In this document: piece after piece, positions 54,528-64,000 of the stretch
How positions within the stretch are numbered: the stretch's first letter is position 1
Layout: every line of letters begins with the position of its first letter
DNA from: Gammaproteobacteria bacterium
Lineage (GTDB): Bacteria > Pseudomonadota > Gammaproteobacteria > HyVt-429
NCBI GenBank assembly: GCA_013152415.1
Contig: JAADGI010000019.1
Location: 65,592 to 129,591, forward strand
Length of the DNA: 64,000 nt
Direction of reading: 5' to 3'
Notes under the pieces: model-generated
What the model was told of the DNA's origin: nothing
The model's input: only the letters and a program-made list of their open reading frames with translations
Databases searched by the model: none
Translations under genes and position numbers: made by a program

Positions 54528-55475
54528 TTAGCCTTCTTCCTTTACAGGCGCCTTTTTGCTCACTGTCTTTTTCTTGACCACTTTTTTAGCGGTTTTTTTA
54601 ACCGCCTTGGTGGCAAGCTTTTTGCTAACAGCAACCTTTTTCTTGACGACTTTTTTCTTGGGTTTATCGCCTTCAGCATCTTTTGCTGTGGACGCCTGTT
54701 TGTCTTTTTCAACTTCGGCTAAGACTTCCTCAGCGTCATCGCTATCCATTTCCACGTACTCTTCTTCCTTACGCCCTGGCAACTGTACCGCTGCAGCTTC
54801 CTGACCCGCGATCACAGCATCTGCCGCCGCCGAAACATATAAACTAATCGCACGAGTAGCATCATCATTCCCCGGAATCGTATAGTCCACATCATCGGGG
54901 GCGCAATTGGTATCCACCACTGCGATGACTGGAATTTTGAGCTTTTTGGCTTCGGCAACCGCGATATTTTCATGGCCAATATCGACAACAAACAGGGCAT
55001 CGGGCAGCTTCTCCATATCCTTGATGCCAGCAAGACTACGGTGCAGCTTGCTACGCTCCCGATCCAGTTTCAAAACCTCCTTTTTGGCCAGTTTCAGCAA
55101 ACTGCCATCCTCACCCATGGCCTCAAGTTCTTTGAGACGACGAATGGAATTTTTTACCGTCTGAAAATTGGTCAACATCCCACCCAACCAACGGTGGTTG
55201 ACATAGGGGGAACCACAGCGGCTGGCCTGCTCGCCGATAATGGTGCCCGCCTGACGTTTGGTGCCAACAAACAGGACTTTGCCACCATTGGCAGCCAGTT
55301 TGTTCAAGAAGGTCATGGCCTCCTTGAGCATGGGCACGGTCTTTTCCAGATTGATGATGTGGATTTTATTACGTTCGCCAAAGATATACGGACGCATCTT
55401 GGGGGACCAATAGCGGGTCTGGTGACCGAAATGCACACCGGCCTCCAGCATTTGACGCATGCTGACATTACTCAT
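54528..55475 (-). CDS. rpsB: 30S ribosomal protein S2, with an ~75-aa acidic then Lys-rich C-terminal extension
   Basis: The start is [23 protein letters not shown], with a GGAGAG Shine-Dalgarno sequence 8 nt upstream. The S2 core spans about 240 aa. The tail reads ...[23 protein letters not shown]...[45 protein letters not shown]. Confidence 0.93.
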   Translation of the reverse strand: MSNVSMRQMLEAGVHFGHQTRYWSPKMRPYIFGERNKIHIINLEKTVPMLKEAMTFLNKLAANGGKVLFVGTKRQAGTIIGEQASRCGSPYVNHRWLGGMLTNFQTVKNSIRRLKELEAMGEDGSLLKLAKKEVLKLDRERSKLHRSLAGIKDMEKLPDALFVVDIGHENIAVAEAKKLKIPVIAVVDTNCAPDDVDYTIPGNDDATRAISLYVSAAADAVIAGQEAAAVQLPGRKEEEYVEMDSDDAEEVLAEVEKDKQASTAKDAEGDKPKKKVVKKKVAVSKKLATKAVKKTAKKVVKKKTVSKKAPVKEEG

Positions 55476-55860
55476 ATTCTTGACTCTCCGTTTCGGGTTT
55501 ATCCACCGTGGATTCAGACGCCAACCCCACGCCGCGCGTAGGGCACCCGGACGTCCGAATGAGGTCCACGTGAGTTTTAGGGGGCCTCGCTGATAATTCA
55601 GAAAGACCTGATTGACCCAGCCAACAGACTGGGAGAGCTCGTACTGACCCCTTTTGCACCCCGGACGCAAGCCTGGAAGGTGTAAAAAAGGCGCTGTCTT
55701 ATACCACAATCACCCCCCACCCACAACGCTGGCCCTTGGGGCCATTTACCGGCATCATCCGGGGCAGCCCCTCCTTACAATTTTAGTGCCCCCCTCAGGA
55801 AGATCTGTGGGGAAAACTCGACGCAGGTAAACGACCAAGTGTATGATTTGAAGGCTGATA

Positions 55861-56015
55861 CTCTCGCCAAGGCGCCAAGCGCGCAAAGGGAAAGCGGCTA
55901 ATGGTGGAAGTTGAATAAATCAAAACATTCTACCCCACAAGCAGTGACTCTGGACGTAACATAACAGGGGGCACCAAGGTCTGTAAGCTTGGCGCCTTGG
56001 CGAGAACCCATTATT
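55861..56015. repeat. Intergenic inverted-repeat element, copy B
   Basis: The arms are CTCTCGCCAAGGCGCCAAGCGCGCAAAGGG ... GCTTGGCGCCTTGGCGAGAA. Its interior is shared with copy A. Confidence 0.6.
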
Positions 56016-56141
56016 CCCTCGAATAACCCACAGATTTCCCTGAAGAGGCAAACTTTCACAAACTGGAACGGCTGCTGTCATGGCTCCCGAATATCATCCG
56101 TGATGCTAAAGACCGTTAGATCAACCTGAAGATCCAGAAAA

Positions 56142-56909
56142 ATGACCGTAGCAAAAAAAACTACAGAAGAAATTGAGAAGATGCGCACTGCCGGGCGTTT
56201 GGCAGCAGATGTACTGGTCATGATTGAACCCCATGTCGTCGCCGGTATCACCACGGGTGAATTAGATAAAATCTGTCATGACTACATCGTAGATAAACAA
56301 GACGCCATTCCAGCACCGCTCAATTATCATGGCTTTCCTCGATCCATCTGTACCTCGGTCAATCACCAGGTCTGCCACGGCATCCCGGGCAACCGGAAAT
56401 TGAAGAAAGGTGACATCATCAATATTGATATCACCATCATCAAAGAAGACTACCACGGCGACACCAGTAAGATGTTCTTCATCGGCACACCCTCGGTGCA
56501 GGCCAAACGCCTTAGCGAGATCAGCTACGACTGCCTTTGTCTTGGCATGGAAATGGTCAAACCTGGGGCCCATTTAGGAGACATAGGCTATCGTATTGAG
56601 CGTTATGCCAAAGACCACCACTGCTCTGTGGTACGTGAGTACTGCGGCCATGGTATAGGCCGTAGATTCCACGAAGACCCCCAGGTCCTGCACTATGGTG
56701 AGCCGGGTACAGGCTTGCAACTAGAGCCCGGCATGACCTTTACCATTGAGCCGATGATCAATGCCGGGCATCGGGCGGTCAAATTATTATCGGATAACTG
56801 GACGGTGGTGACACGGGATCACAGTCTATCGGCACAGTGGGAACACACTGTCCTGGTAACCGAAAATGGCTATGATGTGCTTACCGTCAGGCCGGAAGAG
56901 TCGTTCTGA
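56142..56909 (+). CDS. map: Methionine aminopeptidase type I
   Basis: The metal ligands lie within the typical DIINIDIT and GHGIG context. Confidence 0.95.
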   Translation: MTVAKKTTEEIEKMRTAGRLAADVLVMIEPHVVAGITTGELDKICHDYIVDKQDAIPAPLNYHGFPRSICTSVNHQVCHGIPGNRKLKKGDIINIDITIIKEDYHGDTSKMFFIGTPSVQAKRLSEISYDCLCLGMEMVKPGAHLGDIGYRIERYAKDHHCSVVREYCGHGIGRRFHEDPQVLHYGEPGTGLQLEPGMTFTIEPMINAGHRAVKLLSDNWTVVTRDHSLSAQWEHTVLVTENGYDVLTVRPEESF

Positions 56910-56994
56910 AAAACCAATCGATGACCCGGCCTTGAACTGCGCGGTGGCGATTCTTTCCCCATTTTAATCCTGGCCCAAAATATGGAATCTGGAC

Positions 56995-59679
56995 GTGTCA
57001 TTATCAAAAGCAAAGCTTTTCAATCCTAAAACGTTTGCTGCCGATTTGGATGGCGATCAGCCGCCCTTGGAAGTTTTTCGGTCCTGCCTCAAGCAAGGTC
57101 GGGAGACTCTACGTGCTGCGCATCTCAAGTCGGCCCCCGGCCAGGACATCGTCCATCACCACGCCTGGCTGGTAGACCAACTTCTGATCCAGGCCTGGAC
57201 CTTGTACCTGGAGAAACTGCAACCTACCCATGAGCTTGCACTTATAGCGGTAGGTGGCTATGGCCGCGGTGAACTGCATCCTGGTTCTGATGTGGATCTG
57301 ATGTTTCTGCTGCGCGGCAATCACCACAAAAAGATTCAACCCTTCAGTGAAGCCTTTCTGAGATTCCTATGGGATATGGGACTGGAAGTCGGTCACAGCG
57401 TACGTTCAATACAAGATTGCGCCAACGAATCAAGGAAGGACATTACCGTCGCCACCAATATCCTGGAATCACGATTGCTGCATGGCGACCCAAAACTGTT
57501 CCAGAAAATGTTGAAGGCCACAGCACCACCCAAAATATGGTCCTCCAAGGCCTTTTTCGAAGCCAAATGGCAGGAACAACTTAATCGCCACCACCGCTAT
57601 CACGATACCGCCTATAACCTCGAACCCAACCTTAAAGAAGGTCCGGGTGGGTTGCGCGACATACAGATGGTGGGTTGGGTAGCAAAACGCCATTTTTCGG
57701 TAGACTCCATTCATGACTTGGTGGGCCATGGATTTTTGACCGAAGAGGAATACCGGGGTCTTATACGGGGCAGAAATTTTTTATGGCGAATACGTAACGG
57801 ATTACACTTCCTCACTGATCGACGTGAAGATCGCTTGTTGTTTGATCACCAACGCAGCCTGGCCAAGGAATTTGGCTACAAAGATCGCCCAGGAAAACTG
57901 GCGGTAGAGCAACTCATGAAACGTTATTACAGGACAGTCAAGGAATTGGCCTTGTTAAACGAGATCCTGCTGCAAAATTTTCAGGAAGAAATACTGAACA
58001 CAGGCAAAACAAAAAAGATTAAAATCAACAGAAGGTTTAGAAGTCACAATGGTTTCCTGGAAGTCACCAGCGCGGCAGTCTTTGAGCACTCCCCCTTTGC
58101 CATGCTGGAATTATTTTTACTCATGGAGACTCGCCCTGAACTCAAGGGTGTGCGGGCGAGCACCATTCGTTTAATACAAAGCAATCTACACCGTATTGAC
58201 GCCCACTTCAGAAAGGATATCGCCTGCCGCAGCCTGTTCATGGAGATTATGCGCCAACCCCAAGGTATCACCCATTGTTTGCGGCGCATGAATGCCTACC
58301 GGGTCCTGGGCGCCTATCTCCCTAATTTTGGCCGCATCGTTGGCCAAATGCAGCATGATCTTTTTCATGTCTATACCGTCGATGAACATAGCCTGTTTGT
58401 GGTACGCAATTTACGCCGACTCGCAGTACCCGAATTCCAGCATGAATTTCCTCTCGAAAGCACAGTGATTAGCAACCTGTTTAAAACAGAACGACTCTAT
58501 ATCGCCGGCCTGTTCCACGACATCGCCAAAGGCCGGGGCGGTGACCACGCCAAACTGGGCGAAAAAGATGTTACCACCTTCTGCCGCCAGCACGATATGA
58601 GCACCTATGACACCCAGTTTATTGCCTGGCTGGTACGCAACCACCTCATTATGTCGTGGACCGCGCAACGTGAAGACATCTCTGACCCGGATGTGGTGAT
58701 GCGATTCGCCGAAAGAGTTGGGGAGCAGGAACGCTTGGATAATCTTTACTTGCTCACCGTTGCCGATATCCGCGGCACCAGCCCGAAGGTGTGGAATTCA
58801 TGGAAGGGCCGGCTATTGTCTCAACTCTATACCGCCACCACCCGAATCTTCAGGCGCGGCTTTAGCAACCCGATACGCATTGAAGAACGTGTGGCCGACC
58901 AAAAACAACAGGCCCTGGACATTGTTAACGGCTCCGGCGCCACCACTGACCACATACAGCAACTGTGGCAAACCTTGGGGGATACATATTTTGCACGCTA
59001 CGATGCGGAAAGCATCGCCTGGCACGCCCAATCTATTGCCCAAACCGAAGCAACCCGTTTACCCCTGGTCGCTGCGCGCTACCATCCCGAACATGAAGTC
59101 ATTGAGGTGCTCATCTACACCCCGGCTAAAACTGATCTGTTCACCACCCTCACCGGTGGCTTTGATCGCATGAATCTCAACATCGTCGACGCCCGTCTAC
59201 ACAGTTCTAGCGCGGGCTTTGCCCTGGATACTTTTGTGGTGCTGGACAATAGCGGCAGCGATCGGAGTCGTAATGAGTTTCTAAGTCATATCCAGGAGCA
59301 ACTCCACCAACAGATCCTGATACCCAAGGCGGGCAAACATCCCCTGCAAGTCAACTTGCCCAGGGCACTCAAGCAATTCCCTATCCCCACTCGCACCCAA
59401 TTCTCCGAATCTGCCAACGGCCTTACCACTGTACTCGAAGTCGTGGCACAAGACCGCCCTGGGCTTTTGCATCAGGTGGCGCTTGCCCTTCTGAGCTGCA
59501 AGTTGCGTGTCCAGACCGCCAAAGTGTCTACCTATGGTGAACGTGCCGAAGATATCTTTTTTATCACCGATCGTGACAATCGGCCTATCAGAGACCCACA
59601 ACTACGAACATGCGTGGAAAAGGAGATCGCCCAACGGTTGGGACAGACAACCCACCCACAGCATGATCTAGTGTTTTAG
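56995..59679 (+). CDS. glnD: Bifunctional [protein-PII] uridylyltransferase / uridylyl-removing enzyme
   Basis: 894 aa. It has a nucleotidyltransferase domain (GGYGRGELHPGSDVDL), an HD domain, and two C-terminal ACT domains. Confidence 0.95.
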   Translation: MSLSKAKLFNPKTFAADLDGDQPPLEVFRSCLKQGRETLRAAHLKSAPGQDIVHHHAWLVDQLLIQAWTLYLEKLQPTHELALIAVGGYGRGELHPGSDVDLMFLLRGNHHKKIQPFSEAFLRFLWDMGLEVGHSVRSIQDCANESRKDITVATNILESRLLHGDPKLFQKMLKATAPPKIWSSKAFFEAKWQEQLNRHHRYHDTAYNLEPNLKEGPGGLRDIQMVGWVAKRHFSVDSIHDLVGHGFLTEEEYRGLIRGRNFLWRIRNGLHFLTDRREDRLLFDHQRSLAKEFGYKDRPGKLAVEQLMKRYYRTVKELALLNEILLQNFQEEILNTGKTKKIKINRRFRSHNGFLEVTSAAVFEHSPFAMLELFLLMETRPELKGVRASTIRLIQSNLHRIDAHFRKDIACRSLFMEIMRQPQGITHCLRRMNAYRVLGAYLPNFGRIVGQMQHDLFHVYTVDEHSLFVVRNLRRLAVPEFQHEFPLESTVISNLFKTERLYIAGLFHDIAKGRGGDHAKLGEKDVTTFCRQHDMSTYDTQFIAWLVRNHLIMSWTAQREDISDPDVVMRFAERVGEQERLDNLYLLTVADIRGTSPKVWNSWKGRLLSQLYTATTRIFRRGFSNPIRIEERVADQKQQALDIVNGSGATTDHIQQLWQTLGDTYFARYDAESIAWHAQSIAQTEATRLPLVAARYHPEHEVIEVLIYTPAKTDLFTTLTGGFDRMNLNIVDARLHSSSAGFALDTFVVLDNSGSDRSRNEFLSHIQEQLHQQILIPKAGKHPLQVNLPRALKQFPIPTRTQFSESANGLTTVLEVVAQDRPGLLHQVALALLSCKLRVQTAKVSTYGERAEDIFFITDRDNRPIRDPQLRTCVEKEIAQRLGQTTHPQHDLVF

Positions 59680-59920
59680 CAGGGTTCGAATATCGGCGCG
59701 GCACAGATGACGTGAGCCAGCTGAATCGGAGCCACAGTTGCCGTATACTCCGCCTCCAGCACGAACACCGCCCGACAAGACATTCCCCATGAACCCCATC
59801 TTTCAAAATGACATACTATCCACTTCAGGCGTCAGAAAATTCCTTTAAAACTGTTACACTGAATACGTCCCAAACAACCAGCCTCGCCGGCACAACACGC
59901 ACTCTGAGGAAGAGACACAC

Positions 59921-60742
59921 ATGAATGACACACAGCAAATCATAGAAGACGCATTTGAACGCCGCGCCGATATCACCCCTAGAAATGTGGAGACGCGAGT
60001 CAAAGATGCAGTTGTGGGTGCCATTGAAGAATTGGACCGGGGTAATGCACGGGTGGCGGAAAAACGTGACGGCCACTGGGTCGTCAATGAGTGGCTCAAA
60101 AAGGCGGTATTGCTCTATTTCCGAATCGAAGACAACCGCTTCATCAAGGGTGGATTTACCAATTACTTTGATAAGGTGCCCTCAAAATATGCCGACTACA
60201 GTTCACGAGACTTTCGCCAAGGCGGCAGCAGAATCGTCCCCCCCGCCTCGGTGCGTCATGGTGCCTACATTGCACCCAACGTGGTGCTCATGCCCAGTTA
60301 TGTCAATATTGGCGGTTATGTGGACGAAGGCTCCATGGTCGACACCTGGGCCACCGTCGGCTCTTGCGCCCAAATCGGAAAGAATGTGCATCTGTCCGGT
60401 GGCGTTGGCATCGGCGGTGTATTGGAACCCATTCAGGCCGCACCGACCATCATTGAAGACAACTGTTTTATCGGCGCCCGCTCCGAGGTGGTAGAGGGTG
60501 TTATCGTCGAGGCCGGTTCGGTCATCTCCATGGGCGTGTTCATCGGCCAGAGCACAAAAATTCTGGACCGTGCAAGCGGCGAGATCAGCTACGGCCGTAT
60601 CCCCGCCGGGTCCGTGGTGGTCTCTGGCTCCTTGCCCGCCAAAGACGGCAGCCACAGCCTGTACTGTGCGGTCATTGTCAAACGGGTAGATGAAAAAACA
60701 CGGTCCAAGGTAGGCATCAATGAACTGCTCAGGGACATTTGA
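59921..60742 (+). CDS. dapD: 2,3,4,5-tetrahydropyridine-2,6-dicarboxylate N-succinyltransferase
   Basis: The N-terminal domain is followed by hexapeptide repeats. It sits directly after glnD, as in E. coli. Confidence 0.9.
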   Translation: MNDTQQIIEDAFERRADITPRNVETRVKDAVVGAIEELDRGNARVAEKRDGHWVVNEWLKKAVLLYFRIEDNRFIKGGFTNYFDKVPSKYADYSSRDFRQGGSRIVPPASVRHGAYIAPNVVLMPSYVNIGGYVDEGSMVDTWATVGSCAQIGKNVHLSGGVGIGGVLEPIQAAPTIIEDNCFIGARSEVVEGVIVEAGSVISMGVFIGQSTKILDRASGEISYGRIPAGSVVVSGSLPAKDGSHSLYCAVIVKRVDEKTRSKVGINELLRDI

Positions 60743-60750
60743 TTTCATAA

Positions 60751-61914
<1,164 letters not shown>

Positions 61915-61950
61915 CAGAGTCAAGGCTAAACATCAGGGCGAATAGACTGC

Positions 61951-62709
61951 ATGAAAATCGAGATCGCAGGTATCACTGACACCGGTCAGCTACGCGAGCA
62001 TAATGAAGACAGTATCGCCACCGAACCCTCTATGGGGCTTGCGGTATTGGCTGACGGTATGGGTGGCCACCAGGCCGGCGAGGTGGCCAGCCAAATTGCC
62101 GTAGAGGCGGTAACAGAGAAGCTTGATCACTATCTGCAAGCGCAAGTAACTGGCCCGGAAGAAGATGAAACTAACGATGGCTATATTGAAAATCTGGTCC
62201 AAGCGGTCGAAGACGCCAATACCCAGATCCTGCGTATTGCCGAAGAGCGTCCTGAATGCCGAGGTATGGGAGCAACGATTGTCGCTGCCTTTTTTAGAAA
62301 TAATCAGTTTAGCGTCGCCCACTTGGGGGACTCACGTATGTATCGGCTACGCGGTGACTCACTGGAACAGATTACCGAAGACCACTCACTGGTTCAGGAA
62401 TTGGTCCGCCAGGGCATGTTGACACCGGAGGAGGCCCAGGGATCTCTAAACAAGAATCTCATCACCCGCGCCCTGGGTATTGAAGATGAAGTTAGCCCCG
62501 ATATTAACCAAGGCAAGACCGAAGAAGGTGATCTCTATCTGTTATGCTCCGATGGGCTCACCGACGTGGTCAACGATGAGCAAATACACCAGGCCCTGCA
62601 TAATGCCAATGGTGAGCTGAAAGAGAGTGCATCCAATCTGGTGGATATGGCCAACGAAGCCGGTGGCCCCGATAACATCTCCGTTATCCTGGTGCGCACC
62701 GTAAATTAG
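61951..62709 (+). CDS. PP2C-family Ser/Thr protein phosphatase (Stp-like)
   Basis: GITDTGQLREHNEDS and LADGMGGHQAGEVAS are PPM motifs 1 and 2. It lies 36 bp downstream of dapE. Confidence 0.85.
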   Translation: MKIEIAGITDTGQLREHNEDSIATEPSMGLAVLADGMGGHQAGEVASQIAVEAVTEKLDHYLQAQVTGPEEDETNDGYIENLVQAVEDANTQILRIAEERPECRGMGATIVAAFFRNNQFSVAHLGDSRMYRLRGDSLEQITEDHSLVQELVRQGMLTPEEAQGSLNKNLITRALGIEDEVSPDINQGKTEEGDLYLLCSDGLTDVVNDEQIHQALHNANGELKESASNLVDMANEAGGPDNISVILVRTVN

Positions 62710-62818
62710 GGCCCAGGCACCATCGTACTGGCTGCTTGTGGGCAATACTTAGCGCAAAAATGCAAAAGGATCTATGCCCGCGAACGGATGCAGAATGTAA
62801 GATGGTTTTCGACATGCA

Positions 62819-62893
62819 CTCTCGCCAAGTACGCAAAGCAAAAAACGGCTGATGACAGAAAATAAAAACAAATCCTTGGCGACTTGGCGAGAG
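62819..62893. repeat. Intergenic inverted-repeat element, copy C (minimal)
   Basis: CTCTCGCCAAGTACGCAAAGC ... CCTTGGCGACTTGGCGAGAG. Confidence 0.5.
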
Positions 62894-62937
62894 CCAAGGA
62901 ATCATCTAGTGCAATTTTGATTATTTTTTTGATTATT

Positions 62938-64000
62938 CTAGGGAAACATCTGCTCCAAGGCCTGTTCCAAACGCTCCACCGCCATCACCTCGATACCTTT
63001 GATTTGCCGTTTAGGCGCGTTGGCAGCGGGTATCACGGCCCGTTTAAAGCCCAGCTTGGCCGCCTCCCGCAACCGGTCCTGGCCCCGCTGTACCGGGCGT
63101 ACTTCGCCGGCCAATCCCACCTCACCGAAGATGACCAAGCCTTCGGTAATGGGCCGATCACGCAGGCTCGATACTACTGCAGCGAGGATGGCCAAATCGG
63201 CGGCAGGCTCTGACACCCGTACCCCGCCGACCGCATTCACAAATACATCCTGATCGTTTAGGGCCACGCCACCGTGACGATGCAGCACCGCCAGCAGCAT
63301 GGCCAGACGACTCCCCTCCAGCCCGACCGTGAGCCGCCGTGGGTTACCCAGGGAGGTCGCATCCACCAGGGCCTGGATCTCAACCAATAAGGGCCGACTG
63401 CCTTCCTGGGTGGCGAGAATGGTGCTGCCAGATACCGCTTTTTGATGGTGGGTCAAAAACAGTGCCGAGGGATTACCCACCTCTCGCAGCCCGGTCTCGG
63501 TCATGGCAAAGACACCGATCTCATTGACCGCACCAAAGCGATTTTTGATGGCACGGATGATTCGGAATCGACTGTCGGTGTCGCCCTCAAAATACAACAC
63601 CGTATCCACCATATGCTCTAGCACCCGTGGTCCGGCGAGGTGACCGTCCTTGGTTACGTGCCCTATGAGCAAGACCACGGTCCCGGTCTGTTTGGCATAG
63701 CGCACCAGTTGGGCGGCGCACTCGCGTACCTGGGCCACACTGCCTGGTGCAGATTGGAGAAACTGGGTATAGAGGGTTTGTATGGAATCCACCACCATGA
63801 TGTCGGGCCTTAGCTTATTGGCCGCCGCCAGGACTTGCTCGACCTGATTGTGGGCAAACAACTGCACCGCATCGGCACTGACACCGATGCGCTGTGCCCG
63901 CAACGCCACCTGCTGAGCCGACTCCTCGCCAGTAACATACAAGGTACGGGTGTGTTGGCTCATGTGGGCCAAACATTGCAACACCAAGGTCGATTTGCCG
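62938..64000 (-). CDS. radA: DNA repair protein RadA/Sms, C-terminal part (the N-terminus lies beyond the window end)
   Basis: The RecA-like ATPase region and the C-terminal Lon-like domain (MVLQCLAH...GEESAQQV...) are visible. The reading frame stays open to position 64000. Confidence 0.9.
   Translation of the reverse strand, partial: GKSTLVLQCLAHMSQHTRTLYVTGEESAQQVALRAQRIGVSADAVQLFAHNQVEQVLAAANKLRPDIMVVDSIQTLYTQFLQSAPGSVAQVRECAAQLVRYAKQTGTVVLLIGHVTKDGHLAGPRVLEHMVDTVLYFEGDTDSRFRIIRAIKNRFGAVNEIGVFAMTETGLREVGNPSALFLTHHQKAVSGSTILATQEGSRPLLVEIQALVDATSLGNPRRLTVGLEGSRLAMLLAVLHRHGGVALNDQDVFVNAVGGVRVSEPAADLAILAAVVSSLRDRPITEGLVIFGEVGLAGEVRPVQRGQDRLREAAKLGFKRAVIPAANAPKRQIKGIEVMAVERLEQALEQMFP

Noticed and set aside
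54972-55541. 189-aa ORF antisense to rpsB, and 54556..54804 antisense to its Lys-rich tail
   Set aside because: They are antisense to a ribosomal protein gene. The second is just poly-Phe/Leu sequence from the complement of the Lys codons.
55476-55709. 78-codon N-terminal extension of rpsB in the ORF track ([13 protein letters not shown]...)
   Set aside because: The conserved S2 start [10 protein letters not shown], with a GGAGAG Shine-Dalgarno sequence, lies at 55475. The upstream open frame is leader sequence with no protein-like features.
59682-59692. GGTTCGAAT, resembling a tRNA T-loop
   Set aside because: It lies 3 nt after the glnD stop. It has no complementary T-stem, no acceptor stem and no D or anticodon arms around it. 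No tRNA is supported anywhere in the window.

Overview
This window is mostly conserved core genome of a Gram-negative, probably gammaproteobacterial, chromosome (about 50-58% GC). Nearly every sizeable ORF on the minus strand belongs to a well-known housekeeping cluster. At 5.5-16 kb lies the Pseudomonas-style envelope-stress locus rpoE-mucA(rseA)-mucB(rseB)-mucD(degP)-lepA-lepB-(DUF4845)-rnc-era-recO-pdxJ-acpS, with nadB divergent from rpoE. At 17.8-22.8 kb sdhCDAB is followed directly by sdhE and a ygfX-like gene, with ygfZ divergent. At 29.8-34.3 kb lies ftsB-eno-kdsA-pyrG. At 34.4-55.5 kb the E. coli-like run tilS-accA-dnaE-rnhB-lpxB-lpxA-fabZ-lpxD-skp-bamA-rseP-dxr-cdsA-uppS-frr-pyrH-tsf-rpsB is intact. 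At 56.1-64 kb come map-glnD-dapD-dapE, a PP2C phosphatase, and a partial radA. At 22.9-29.8 kb sits a lower-GC segment carrying a NarL/LuxR-type response regulator, CheW, an MCP with a duplicated LRRNEKDF sensor motif (HBM-type), a 640-bp AT-rich spacer, a KefB-type antiporter and a small hypothetical membrane protein. This segment lies at the junction between the ygfZ-sdh and ftsB-eno blocks and is the most likely accessory DNA. Other non-core items are an ATP-grasp ligase trio at 2.7-5.0 kb (membrane protein, ATP-grasp, A-type Fe-S carrier with an odd Gly/Cys tail), a partial Hanks-type Ser/Thr kinase at the 5' edge, and a family of seven related inverted-repeat elements, all intergenic. Also noted are a stem-loop-rich element in an ORF-free gap at 0.2-0.7 kb and an S2 protein with a lysine-rich C-terminal tail. 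I found no rRNA, tRNA, CRISPR, transposase or integrase. I could not identify a clear novel multi-gene system; the candidates below are modest and would need searches to confirm.
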